32,993 bases of DNA from a virus (IMGVR_UViG_2585427793_000011); one strand, 5' to 3'; positions 8,910 to 18,546 are shown, numbered from the stretch's first letter. Notes: a model not told the origin generated them from the sequence alone. Program-made: numbers and translations.

Positions 8910-9147
8910 GATAATTACCTATATATATTTTGTATAAATCCCTATGAGCCATAACTCTTATGAACCACATGTAACAACGTGGGGCATATTATGGCTAATC
9001 GATCTGTACCATAATTTCATCATTCTTGCATCATCTTGAATGAATTCGCATGCTTACGCCATATCCATATCAAAACATCAATGTCAACAATGGCGCGGAT
9101 TCGGCTAAATCATGCAACTGCATTAAAATCGCCCCATGAAGCGGGCG

Positions 9148-9166
9148 GGCGAGGCGGGGAAAGCAC
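9148..9166. other. cos site (cohesive-end sequence)
   Basis: GGCGAGGCGGGGAAAGCAC, matching my recollection of the P2 19-nt cohesive end, in the expected position upstream of Q. Confidence 0.7.
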
Positions 9167-9335
9167 TGCGCGCTGGCGGGGGTGCTGATTTTATTTTTTC
9201 AGCGTCTGAGCGCGTCGTGATGGCGTTTAGATTGTGCGCCGGGGCGTTGGTTTGTCTGCGGGCTGTTTTGCGCGGTGGTGAGCGTGTGAGGGCGTGATGA
9301 CGGGGTGTAAAAAAGCCGCCCGCAGGCGGCGATGT

Positions 9336-10370
9336 TCAGCCGTTGTCAGTGTCCAGTGAGTAGTTTTTAAAGCGGATGACCTCCTGACCGAGCCAGCCGT
9401 TTATTTCCCGAATCCTGTCCTGTAACGGGATAAGCTCATTGCGGACAAAGACCTTTGCCACTTTCTCAATATCACCCAGCGACCCGACGTTCTCCGGCTT
9501 GCCGCCCATCAACTGAAAGGGGATGCGGTGCGCGTCCAGCAGGTCTGCGGCACTGGCTTTTTTGATATTAAAAAAATCGTCCTTCGTCGCCACTTCACTG
9601 AGCGGGATAATTTTAATGCCGTCAGCTTTCCCCTGCGGGGCATAGAGAAACAGGTTTTTAAAGTTGTTGCGGCCTTTCGACTTGACCATGTTTTCGCGGA
9701 GCATTTCGATATCGTTGCGATCCTGCACGGCATCGGTGACGTACATGATGTATCCGGCATGTGCGCCGTTTTCGTAATACTTGCGGCGGAACAGCGTGGC
9801 CGACTCATTCAGCCAGGCAGAGTTAAGGGCGCTGAGATATTCCGGCAGGCCGTACAGTTCCTGATTAATATCCGGCTCCAGCAGATGAAACACGGAGCCG
9901 GGCGCGAAAGGTGTCGGCTCGTTGAAGGACGGCACCCACCAGTAAACATCCTCCTCCACGCCACGGCGGGGATATTTTGCCGGTGAGGTTTCCAGTCTGA
10001 TGACCTTACCGGTGGTGCTGTAACGCTTTTCCAGAAACGCATTACCGAAAACCAGAAAATCCAGCACAAAGCGGCTGAAATCCTGCTGGGAAAGCCACGG
10101 ATGCGGGATAAATGTCGAGGCCAGAATATTACGTTTGACGTAAATCGGTGAGCTGTGATGCACGGCAGCACGCAGGCTTTTTGCCAGACCGGTAAAGCTG
10201 ACCGGCGGCTCATACCATCTGCCGTTACTGATGCACTCGACGTAATCCAGAATGTCACGGCGGTCGAGTACCGGCACCGGCTCACCAAAGGTGAATGCCT
10301 CCATTTTCGGGGCGCTGGCGGTCATTTTTTTTGCCGCAGGTTGCGGTGTTTTCCCTTTTTTCTTGCTCAT
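9336..10370 (-). CDS. Q: Portal (capsid) protein
   Basis: 344 aa, same length and position as P2 gpQ; one-nucleotide stop/start overlap with P. Confidence 0.9.
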   Translation of the reverse strand: MSKKKGKTPQPAAKKMTASAPKMEAFTFGEPVPVLDRRDILDYVECISNGRWYEPPVSFTGLAKSLRAAVHHSSPIYVKRNILASTFIPHPWLSQQDFSRFVLDFLVFGNAFLEKRYSTTGKVIRLETSPAKYPRRGVEEDVYWWVPSFNEPTPFAPGSVFHLLEPDINQELYGLPEYLSALNSAWLNESATLFRRKYYENGAHAGYIMYVTDAVQDRNDIEMLRENMVKSKGRNNFKNLFLYAPQGKADGIKIIPLSEVATKDDFFNIKKASAADLLDAHRIPFQLMGGKPENVGSLGDIEKVAKVFVRNELIPLQDRIREINGWLGQEVIRFKNYSLDTDNG

Positions 10371-12142
10371 CAGTAAAACTCCAGAATGGTGGATGTCAGT
10401 GGGGTGCTGATACCGGCGGTGAGTGGCTCATTTAACAGGGCGTGCATGGTCGCCCAGGCGAGGTCGGCGTGGCTGGCTTCCTCGCTGCGGCTGGCCTCAT
10501 AGGTGGCGCTGCGTCCGCTGCTGGTCATGGTCTTGCGGATAGCCATAAACGAGCTGGTGATGTCGGTGGCGCTGACGTCATATTCCAGACAGCCACGGCG
10601 GATGACGTCTTTTGCCTTGAGCACCATTGCGGTTTTCATTTCCGGCGTGTAGCGGATATCGCGCGCGGCGGGATAGAACGAGCGAACGAGCTGGAACACG
10701 CCGACACCGAGGCCGGTGGCATCAATTCCGATGTATTCGACGTTGTATTTTTCGGTGAGTTTGCGGATGGATTCAGCCTGGGTGGCAAAGTCCATGCCTT
10801 TCCACTGGTGACGCTCAAGTATTCTGAATTTGCCACCGGCCACCACCGGCGGTGCCAGCACCACGCATCCGGCGCTGTCGCCACGGTGTGACGGGTCGTA
10901 ACCAATCCATACCGGGCGGGATCCGAACGGATTGGCGGCAAACGGCGCATAGTCTTCCCATTCTTCCAGCGTGTCGACCATGCAGCGTTGCAGCTCCTCG
11001 AACGGGAACACCGACGCCTTGTCGTCAACAAATTCACACATGAACAGGTTTTTAAAATCGTCGGCGCTGTTTTCGCGTTTAAGCTGCTCAATGTCGAACA
11101 ATGTGCAGCCGCCTTTCAGGGCGTCCTCAATGGTGACAATCTGCCGCCACTGGCCGTCCGCACAGAGAAGCCCACCGGCAAGGGCGTTATGACTGACGTC
11201 GATTTCCACGCGTTCGGCGGCGCTGGCGCGTCCCCGGTTAAACAGTTCACCGGACCAGAACGGGTAGGCGTCGTGCGCCAGCGTGGACGGGGTGGAGAAA
11301 TAGGTCGACCGCAGGTGACTCTGTGAGGCCATACCTGATGCCACCTTACGCAGTACCTGAAAATTCGGGATCCAGAAAATCTCATCGACGTACAGGTCGC
11401 CGTTATGGCTCTGTGCGGTGTTGGAGTTGGTGCCGAGAAAAATCAGTTTTGCACCGTTATTGCCCAGGACAATCGGGTCACCGGTCAGGTCAACGTCAAC
11501 CAGCCGGGCAAAGGCGATGATGTATTCGCGGAACACATACGCCTGCGTTTTACTGGCCGACAGAAAAATCTGGTTATGACCGGTTTTCAGGGCGCGCAGC
11601 AGCGCCTCGCGGGAAAAATAAAACGTCGCGCCAATCTGGCGGGATTTCAGGATATCGCGGATGCGGTGCTCAAGCCCGGCGCGATACCAGTGCAACTGAT
11701 ATTCGAAAGACTGCTCAAAGAAAATCTGCTCCAGCTTTTCGATGGCTTCGTCACTGAAAAAATTCTTTTTCGGTTTGCGACGCCCGCCTTTGTTGCGGTT
11801 AGCGACGTTCGGATTAAGGTCTGCCTCGTTGCCGGTCTGACTGTAACGGTTTACCCGTGCCAGTCGTTCAATCTGGCGTCCCAGAAGGTCAATTTCCTTG
11901 AAGTCACCGCCGGTTTTCTGCGGTTTGATGATGAGCTGAGTCAGCCGCGCTTCCAGACTCATTTCGACACGGCTGATGGGGGCAACGCTGTCCCAGCCGT
12001 CGCGCTGTTTCCAGCTCTGCACCGTCGGGCGTTTCATCTGCAACATGGCGGCAATCTGCGGTACGGAAAACCCCTGCCAGTACAGCAGCGCCGCCTGACG
12101 ACGCGGGTCGTGTAAAAGAGAGGTGTCTGTGGTGATGGTCAT
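10370..12142 (-). CDS. P: Terminase large subunit (ATPase/nuclease)
   Basis: 590 aa from ATG at 12142 (MTITTDTSLL...), same length as P2 gpP; divergent from the O operon. Confidence 0.9.
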   Translation of the reverse strand: MTITTDTSLLHDPRRQAALLYWQGFSVPQIAAMLQMKRPTVQSWKQRDGWDSVAPISRVEMSLEARLTQLIIKPQKTGGDFKEIDLLGRQIERLARVNRYSQTGNEADLNPNVANRNKGGRRKPKKNFFSDEAIEKLEQIFFEQSFEYQLHWYRAGLEHRIRDILKSRQIGATFYFSREALLRALKTGHNQIFLSASKTQAYVFREYIIAFARLVDVDLTGDPIVLGNNGAKLIFLGTNSNTAQSHNGDLYVDEIFWIPNFQVLRKVASGMASQSHLRSTYFSTPSTLAHDAYPFWSGELFNRGRASAAERVEIDVSHNALAGGLLCADGQWRQIVTIEDALKGGCTLFDIEQLKRENSADDFKNLFMCEFVDDKASVFPFEELQRCMVDTLEEWEDYAPFAANPFGSRPVWIGYDPSHRGDSAGCVVLAPPVVAGGKFRILERHQWKGMDFATQAESIRKLTEKYNVEYIGIDATGLGVGVFQLVRSFYPAARDIRYTPEMKTAMVLKAKDVIRRGCLEYDVSATDITSSFMAIRKTMTSSGRSATYEASRSEEASHADLAWATMHALLNEPLTAGISTPLTSTILEFY

Positions 12143-12315
12143 GAATACCTCGCCGTGATGAATACACGGCAAGGCTACTGAGTCGCGCCCTGCGATTCGC
12201 TAAGGTGCTGTTGTGTCAGTGATAAGCCATCCGGGACTGATGGCGGAGGATGCGCATCGTCGGGAAACTGATGCCGACATGTGACTCCTCTAATCACTAT
12301 TCAGGACTCCTGACA

Positions 12316-13170
12316 ATGGCAAAAAAAGTCTCAAAATTCTTTCGTATCGGCGTTGAGGGTGACACCTGTGACGGGCGTGTCATCAGTGCGCAGGATATTC
12401 AGGAAATGGCCGAAACCTTTGACCCGCGAGTCTATGGTTGCCGCATTAACCTGGAACATCTGCGTGGCATCCTGCCTGACGGTATTTTTAAGCGTTATGG
12501 CGATGTGGCCGAACTGAAGGCCGAAAAGATTGACGATGATTCGGCGCTGAAAGGCAAATGGGCGCTGTTTGCGAAAATCACCCCGACCGATGACCTTATC
12601 GCGATGAACAAGGCCGCGCAGAAGGTCTATACCTCAATGGAAATTCAGCCGAACTTTGCCAATACCGGCAAATGTTATCTGGTGGGGCTGGCCGTCACCG
12701 ATGACCCGGCAAGCCTCGGCACGGAATACCTGGAATTCTGCCGCACGGCAAAACACAACCCTCTGAACCGCTTCAAATTAAGCCCTGAAAACCTGATTTC
12801 AGTGGCAACGCCTGTTGAGCTGGAATTTGAAGACCTGCCTGAAACCGTGTTCACAGCCCTGACCGAAAAGGTGAAATCCATTTTTGGCCGCAAACAGGCC
12901 AGCGATGACGCCCGTCTGAATGACGTGCATGAAGCGGTGACCGCTGTTGCTGAACATGTGCAGGAAAAACTGAGCGCCACTGAGCAGCGCCTCGCTGAGA
13001 TGGAAGCTGCCTTTTCCGCTCTTAAGCAGGAGGTGACTGACAGGGCGGATGAAACCAGCCAGGCATTCACCCGCCTGAAAAACAGTCTCGACCACACCGA
13101 AAGTCTGACCCAGCAGCGCCGCAGCAAGGCCACCGGTGGTGGCGGTGACGCCCTGATGACGAACTGCTGA
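12316..13170 (+). CDS. O: Capsid scaffolding protein
   Basis: 284 aa from ATG at 12316 (MAKKVSKFFRIG...), P2 gpO length; first gene of the head operon. Confidence 0.9.
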   Translation: MAKKVSKFFRIGVEGDTCDGRVISAQDIQEMAETFDPRVYGCRINLEHLRGILPDGIFKRYGDVAELKAEKIDDDSALKGKWALFAKITPTDDLIAMNKAAQKVYTSMEIQPNFANTGKCYLVGLAVTDDPASLGTEYLEFCRTAKHNPLNRFKLSPENLISVATPVELEFEDLPETVFTALTEKVKSIFGRKQASDDARLNDVHEAVTAVAEHVQEKLSATEQRLAEMEAAFSALKQEVTDRADETSQAFTRLKNSLDHTESLTQQRRSKATGGGGDALMTNC

Positions 13171-13228
13171 CCGGCGTCAGTCAGTCCGGGAAAACCTTCA
13201 CGATTAACCCTTAATTTCAGGAAAAACT

Positions 13229-14302
13229 ATGCGCCAGGAAACCCGCTTTAAATTTAATGCTTACCTGTCCCGTGTTGCCGAACTGAACGGCATCGACGCC
13301 GGTGATGTGTCGAAAAAATTCACCGTTGAACCGTCGGTCACCCAGACCCTGATGAACACCATGCAGGAGTCCTCTGATTTTCTGACCCGCATCAACATTG
13401 TGCCGGTCAGCGAAATGAAAGGGGAAAAAATTGGTATTGGTGTCACCGGCTCCATCGCCAGCACCACCGACACCGCCGGTGGCACCGAGCGTCAGCCGAA
13501 GGACTTCTCGAAGCTGGCGTCAAACAAGTACGAATGCGACCAGATTAACTTCGATTTTTATATCCGCTACAAAACGCTTGACCTGTGGGCGCGTTATCAG
13601 GATTTCCAGCTCCGTGTCCGTAACGCCATTATCAAACGCCAGTCCCTTGATTTAATCATGGCCGGTTTTAACGGCGTGAGGCGTGCCGAAACCTCTGACC
13701 GCAGCAGCAATCCGATGCTGCAGGATGTGGCGGTCGGCTGGCTGCAGAAATACCGCAATGAAGCCCCGGCGCGCGTGATGAGCAAGGTCACTGACGAGGA
13801 AGGTCACACGACCTCTGAGGTCATCCGCGTGGGTAAGGGCGGTGATTATGCCAGCCTCGATGCACTGGTGATGGATGCGACCAACAACCTGATTGAGCCG
13901 TGGTATCAGGAAGACCCTGACCTTGTGGTGATTGTGGGGCGTCAGCTACTGGCGGACAAGTATTTCCCCATCGTCAACAAGGAGCAGGACAACAGCGAAA
14001 TGCTGGCCGCTGACGTTATCATCAGCCAGAAACGCATCGGCAACCTGCCGGCGGTACGCGTCCCGTACTTCCCGGCGGATGCGATGCTCATCACGAAGCT
14101 GGAAAACCTGTCCATCTACTACATGGATGACAGCCATCGCCGCGTGATTGTGGAAAACCCGAAACTCGACCGCGTGGAGAACTACGAGTCAATGAACATT
14201 GATTACGTGGTGGAAGACTATGCCGCCGGTTGTCTGGTGGAAAAAATTAAGGTCGGTGACTTCTCCACACCGGCTAAGGCGACCGCAGAGCCGGGAGCGT
14301 AA
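13229..14302 (+). CDS. N: Major capsid protein
   Basis: 357 aa, P2 gpN length and position. Confidence 0.9.
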   Translation: MRQETRFKFNAYLSRVAELNGIDAGDVSKKFTVEPSVTQTLMNTMQESSDFLTRINIVPVSEMKGEKIGIGVTGSIASTTDTAGGTERQPKDFSKLASNKYECDQINFDFYIRYKTLDLWARYQDFQLRVRNAIIKRQSLDLIMAGFNGVRRAETSDRSSNPMLQDVAVGWLQKYRNEAPARVMSKVTDEEGHTTSEVIRVGKGGDYASLDALVMDATNNLIEPWYQEDPDLVVIVGRQLLADKYFPIVNKEQDNSEMLAADVIISQKRIGNLPAVRVPYFPADAMLITKLENLSIYYMDDSHRRVIVENPKLDRVENYESMNIDYVVEDYAAGCLVEKIKVGDFSTPAKATAEPGA

Positions 14303-14305
14303 CCG

Positions 14306-15049
14306 ATGACGAGTCCCGCACAGCGCCACATGATGCGGGTCTCGGCAGCGATGACCGCGCAGCGGGAAGCCGCCCCGCTGCGACATGCAACTGTCTATGA
14401 GCAGATGCTGGTTAAGCTCGCCGCAGACCAGCGCACACTGAAAGCGATTTATTCAAAAGAGCTTAAGGCCGCGAAAAAGCGCGAACTGCTGCCGTTCTGG
14501 TTGCCGTGGGTGAACGGCGTGCTGGAGCAGGGCAAAGGTGCACAGGATGACATTCTGATGACGGTCATGCTGTGGCGTCTGGATACCGGCGATATTGCCG
14601 GTGCGCTGGAGATTGCCCGTTACGCCCTGAAGTACGGTCTGACCATGCCGGGTAAACCCCGCCGCACCCCGCCGTACATGTTCACCGAGGAGGTGGCGCT
14701 CGCGGCCATGCGCGCTCACGCTGCCGGTGAGTCTGTGGATCCCCGCCTGCTGACGGACACACTTGAACTGACTGCCACGGCAGACATGCCTGATGAAGTG
14801 CGCGCAAAGCTGCACAAAATCACCGGTCTGTTTCTGCGTGACGCTGGTGATGCCGCAGGGGCGCTGGCGCACCTGCAACGTGCGACACAGCTCGACTGTC
14901 AGGCAGGCGTCAAAAAAGAGATTGAACGACTGGAGCGGGAGCTGAAACCGAAGCCGGAGCCGCAGCCAAAAGCGGCCACCCGTACCCCGCGTAAGACCCG
15001 GAGCGTGACACCGGCAAAACGTGGACGCCCGAAAAAGAAAGCCAGTTAA
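14306..15049 (+). CDS. M: Terminase small subunit
   Basis: 247 aa, P2 gpM length and position; basic lysine/arginine-rich C-terminus. Confidence 0.85.
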   Translation: MTSPAQRHMMRVSAAMTAQREAAPLRHATVYEQMLVKLAADQRTLKAIYSKELKAAKKRELLPFWLPWVNGVLEQGKGAQDDILMTVMLWRLDTGDIAGALEIARYALKYGLTMPGKPRRTPPYMFTEEVALAAMRAHAAGESVDPRLLTDTLELTATADMPDEVRAKLHKITGLFLRDAGDAAGALAHLQRATQLDCQAGVKKEIERLERELKPKPEPQPKAATRTPRKTRSVTPAKRGRPKKKAS

Positions 15050-15148
15050 CAACCGAATGCGCCCCGCGCCAGGGCGGCACGCCGGTCAGTGAGGGGGAAT
15101 CACCTGACACTGCACCGGCGTCCACCGCCCGACTTTTCAGAGGTAGTC

Positions 15149-15658
15149 ATGATGACGCTGATTATTCCGCGAAAGGAGGCTCCCGTGTCCGGTGAGGGTA
15201 CGGTGGTCATCCCGCAACCGGCAGGCGACGAGCCGGTGATTAAAAACACGTTCTTTTTCCCCGATATCGACCCGAAGCGCGTCCGGGAACGTATGCGCCT
15301 TGAGCAGACCGTCGCCCCCGCTCGTCTGCGTGAGGCCATCAAGTCAGGCATGGCGGAGACGAATGCGGAGCTGTACGAGTACCGCGAACAGAAAATTGCC
15401 GCCGGTTTTACGCGTCTGGCGGACGTCCCGGCGGACGATATCGACGGTGAAAGCATCAAAGTTTTTTACTACGAGCGCGCCGTGTGTGCGATGGCGACCG
15501 CGTCGCTTTATGAGCGTTATCGCGGCGTGGATGCCAGTGCGAAAGGCGACAAGAAGGCTGACAGCATTGACAGCACCATTGATGAGCTGTGGCGGGATAT
15601 GCGCTGGGCGGTGGCGCGTATCCAGGACAAGCCGCGCTGCATCGTGAGTCAAATCTGA
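15149..15658 (+). CDS. L: Head completion / stabilisation protein
   Basis: 169 aa from ATG at 15149 (MMTLIIPRKEAP...), P2 gpL length. Confidence 0.85.
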   Translation: MMTLIIPRKEAPVSGEGTVVIPQPAGDEPVIKNTFFFPDIDPKRVRERMRLEQTVAPARLREAIKSGMAETNAELYEYREQKIAAGFTRLADVPADDIDGESIKVFYYERAVCAMATASLYERYRGVDASAKGDKKADSIDSTIDELWRDMRWAVARIQDKPRCIVSQI

Positions 15659-15861
15659 TGAAGACCTTTGCGCTACAGGGCGACACGCTCGACGCCATTT
15701 GTGTCCGGTATTACGGGCGCACTGAGGGCGTGGTCGAAGCCGTGCTCGCCGCAAATCCGGGACTGGCTGAACTGGGTGCGGTGCTGCCACACGGCACCGC
15801 CGTCGAACTGCCCGACGTTCAGACCGCGCCCGTGGCTGAAACTGTCAATCTGTGGGAGTAA
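15658..15861 (+). CDS. X: Tail protein X
   Basis: 67 aa from ATG at 15658 overlapping the L stop; P2 gpX length and position. Confidence 0.8.
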   Translation: MKTFALQGDTLDAICVRYYGRTEGVVEAVLAANPGLAELGAVLPHGTAVELPDVQTAPVAETVNLWE

Positions 15862-15864
15862 CGC

Positions 15865-16146
15865 ATGACAGCAGAAGAAAAAAGCGTCCTGTCGCTTTTC
15901 ATGATTGGGGTGCTGATTGTTGTCGGCAAGGTGCTTGCCGGTGGTGAACCCATCACCCCGCGTCTGTTTATCGGACGCATGTTGCTCGGTGGTTTTGTCT
16001 CGATGGTTGCCGGTGTTGTTCTGGTGCAGTTTCCTGACCTGTCACTGCCTGCGGTGTGCGGCATCGGCTCCATGCTGGGTATCGCCGGTTATCAGGTGAT
16101 TGAGATTGCCATTCAGCGTCGCTTTAAGGGCAGGGGGAAACAGTAA
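15865..16146 (+). CDS. Y: Holin
   Basis: 93 aa with hydrophobic transmembrane segments, immediately upstream of the endolysin. Confidence 0.85.
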   Translation: MTAEEKSVLSLFMIGVLIVVGKVLAGGEPITPRLFIGRMLLGGFVSMVAGVVLVQFPDLSLPAVCGIGSMLGIAGYQVIEIAIQRRFKGRGKQ

Positions 16147-16643
16147 TGCCGGTAATTAACACGCATCAGAATATCGCCGCCTTTCTCGACATGCTGGCGG
16201 TATCCGAAGGGACGGCGAATCATCCGCTGACGAAAAACCGTGGCTATGACGTGATAGTCACCGGACTGGACGGGAAGCCGGAAATTTTCACCGACTACAG
16301 TGACCACCCGTTCGCACATGGCCGACCGGCGAAGGTGTTTAACCGTCGCGGTGAAAAATCCACGGCCTCCGGTCGCTATCAGCAGCTTTACCTGTTCTGG
16401 CCGCATTACCGCAAACAGCTTGCCCTGCCGGATTTCAGTCCGTTGTCACAGGACAGACTCGCCATTCAGTTGATCCGCGAACGCGGTGCACTGGATGACA
16501 TCCGGGCGGGACGCATTGAGCGCGCCATTTCACGCTGTCGCAATATCTGGGCGTCCCTGCCGGGTGCCGGTTACGGTCAGCGTGAGCATTCACTGGAAAA
16601 ACTGGTCACCGTCTGGCGTACCGCTGGCGGCGTACCGGCTTAA
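16146..16643 (+). CDS. K: Endolysin (lysozyme-like)
   Basis: 165 aa, P2 gpK length; position in the lysis cassette. Confidence 0.85.
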   Translation: MPVINTHQNIAAFLDMLAVSEGTANHPLTKNRGYDVIVTGLDGKPEIFTDYSDHPFAHGRPAKVFNRRGEKSTASGRYQQLYLFWPHYRKQLALPDFSPLSQDRLAIQLIRERGALDDIRAGRIERAISRCRNIWASLPGAGYGQREHSLEKLVTVWRTAGGVPA

Positions 16644-16657
16644 ACGGAGTAAACACC

Positions 16658-17083
16658 ATGAAGAAATTATCCCTTTCACTGATGCTGAACGTGTCGCTGG
16701 CGCTGATGCTGGCACTGTCCCTGATTTACCCGCAGAGCGTGGCCGTCAGTTTTGTCGCCACCTGGGCGATTCTGGCGACGGTTATCTGTGTGGTTGCCGG
16801 TGGTGTCGGGGTGTATGCCACTGAGTATGTACTGGAACGCTACGGACGGGAGCTGCCGCCGGAATCGCTGGCCGTGAAGATTGTCACGTCGCTGTTTTTG
16901 CAGCCGGTGCCGTGGTGCAGACGGGCGGCGGCTCTGGTAGTGATGGTGGCGACGTTTATCTCGCTGGTTGCCGCCGGGTGGATTTTTACTGCGCTGATTT
17001 ATCTCGTGGCGTCGCTGTTTTTCCGGCTGATACGCACGGCCTGCCGTCAGCGTCTTGAGGGGTGGGAACTATGTCAAAGCTGA
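16658..17083 (+). CDS. lysA: Lysis regulator LysA (membrane protein)
   Basis: 141 aa, strongly hydrophobic, follows the endolysin as in P2. Confidence 0.75.
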   Translation: MKKLSLSLMLNVSLALMLALSLIYPQSVAVSFVATWAILATVICVVAGGVGVYATEYVLERYGRELPPESLAVKIVTSLFLQPVPWCRRAAALVVMVATFISLVAAGWIFTALIYLVASLFFRLIRTACRQRLEGWELCQS

Positions 17084-17514
17084 TGATTGCACTGGTCGTG
17101 TTGTTAACGCTGGCGGTGGCGGGGCTGTTTCTGGCGAAGCATGAAAACGCCAGACTGCGCGCCTCACTGGACAGGGCGAACAACGTCGCCAGTGAACAGC
17201 AGGCGACCATCACCATGCTGAAAAATCAGCTTCATGTTGCCCTCACCAGGGCAGACAAAAACGAGCTGGCGCAGGTGGCACTGCGTCAGGAACTGGAGAA
17301 CGCCGCGAAGCGTGAAGCACAGCGCGAGAAAACCATCACGAGGTTACTTAATGAAAACGAAGATTTTCGCCGCTGGTACGGCGCTGACCTGCCTGATGCT
17401 GTGCGCCGGTTGCACCAGCGCCCCGCCTGCACCGACGCCAGTGATTGTCCACAACACCTGCCCGAAAGTGAGTCTTTGCCCGATGCCGGGCAGCGACCCG
17501 GAGACGAACGGTGA
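17071..17514 (+). CDS. lysB: LysB, Rz-like inner-membrane spanin component
   Basis: N-terminal TM helix followed by a charged coiled-coil-like region; ATG at 17071 preceded by GAGGGG. Confidence 0.75.
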   Translation: MSKLMIALVVLLTLAVAGLFLAKHENARLRASLDRANNVASEQQATITMLKNQLHVALTRADKNELAQVALRQELENAAKREAQREKTITRLLNENEDFRRWYGADLPDAVRRLHQRPACTDASDCPQHLPESESLPDAGQRPGDER

Positions 17515-17641
17515 TTTAAGTGCCGATATCCGGCAGCTTGAGAACGCGCTGGCACGCTGTGCCAGCCAGGGAAAAATGATTAAACACTGTCAGGACGAAA
17601 ACGATGCTCAAACCCGACAGCCTGCGCAGGGCGCTGACTGA
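17351..17641 (+). CDS. lysC: LysC, Rz1-like outer-membrane lipoprotein spanin component
   Basis: 96-aa ORF embedded out of frame in lysB; signal peptide ending in LCAGC lipobox-like motif; proline-rich. Confidence 0.7.
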   Translation: MKTKIFAAGTALTCLMLCAGCTSAPPAPTPVIVHNTCPKVSLCPMPGSDPETNGDLSADIRQLENALARCASQGKMIKHCQDENDAQTRQPAQGAD

Positions 17642-18071
17642 TGCCGTCATGGTGCTGAAAACCAGTCCCGAGATGCTGCGGATATTCGTGGATAACGGGA
17701 GTATTGCCTCCACACTGGCGACGTCGCTGTCATTCGAAAAGCGTTACACGCTCAATGTGATTGTGACCGACTTTACCGGTGATTTTGACCTGCTCATCGT
17801 GCCGGTGCTGGCGTGGCTGCGGGAAAATCAGCCCGACATCATGACCACTGACGAAGGTCAGAAAAAGGGCTTCACGTTTTATGCAGACATCAACAATGAC
17901 AGCAGCTTTGATATCAGCATCAGCCTGATGCTGACCGAGCGCACGCTGGTCAGTGAGGTGGACGGCGCGCTGCATGTGAAGAATATCCCGGAACCCACGC
18001 CGCCGGAGCCGGCCACCCGCCCGATGGAGCTTTATATCAATGGCGAACTGGTGAGCAAGTGGGATGAATGA
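17604..18071 (+). CDS. R: Tail completion protein R
   Basis: 155 aa, P2 gpR length and position. Confidence 0.85.
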   Translation: MLKPDSLRRALTDAVMVLKTSPEMLRIFVDNGSIASTLATSLSFEKRYTLNVIVTDFTGDFDLLIVPVLAWLRENQPDIMTTDEGQKKGFTFYADINNDSSFDISISLMLTERTLVSEVDGALHVKNIPEPTPPEPATRPMELYINGELVSKWDE

Positions 18072-18516
18072 GTTTAAGCGTTTTGAAGACCGGCTGGCGG
18101 GACTTATTGAATCGCTGTCACCGTCAGGGCGTCGGCGACTGAGCGCCGAACTGGCGAAACGTCTGCGTCAGAGTCAGCAGCGTCGGGTGATGGCACAGAA
18201 AGCCCCGGACGGCACACCCTACGCGCCACGCCAGCAGCAGAGCGCCAGAAAAAAGACCGGTCGTGTTAAGCGAAAAATGTTTGCGAAACTTATCACCAGT
18301 CGTTTTTTGCATATCCGCGCCAGCCCGGAACAGGCATCAATGGAATTTTACGGCGGGAAGTCGCCGAAAATCGCCAGTGTGCATCAGTTCGGTCTGTCGG
18401 AAGAAACCCGGAAAAACGGTAAGAAAATTGATTATCCGGCGCGTCCTCTGCTCGGCTTTACCGGTGAGGATGTGCAGATGATTGAAGAGATTATCCTGGC
18501 TCACCTTGAGCGTTAG
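18064..18516 (+). CDS. S: Tail completion protein S
   Basis: 150 aa, P2 gpS length and position. Confidence 0.85.
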   Translation: MNEFKRFEDRLAGLIESLSPSGRRRLSAELAKRLRQSQQRRVMAQKAPDGTPYAPRQQQSARKKTGRVKRKMFAKLITSRFLHIRASPEQASMEFYGGKSPKIASVHQFGLSEETRKNGKKIDYPARPLLGFTGEDVQMIEEIILAHLER

Positions 18517-18546
18517 TTTTATCCAGGCAGAGGCTGATGCGCAATT

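Noticed and set aside
9509-10288. Several ORFs (99-159 aa) overlapping or antisense to the portal gene Q
   Set aside because: GC-rich sequence gives long spurious open frames; Q is supported by length and synteny, and these have no start context.
10442-12167. Multiple ORFs overlapping or antisense to the terminase gene P (up to 236 aa)
   Set aside because: Same GC-rich artefact; P matches P2 gpP length exactly from the ATG at 12142.
12250-12315. Upstream extension of O to ATG at 12250 (306 aa)
   Set aside because: The 284-aa product from ATG 12316 (MAKKVSKFF...) matches P2 gpO length; the extension would run into the late promoter region.
12143-12315. Attempt to locate Ogr-dependent late promoter dyads (TGT-N12-ACA as I recall the consensus) upstream of P/O, V and FI
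   Set aside because: No exact match found by eye in the P/O, V or FI upstream regions; a TCAGT-N15-ACTGA dyad exists upstream of O, but I cannot support calling precise late promoters.
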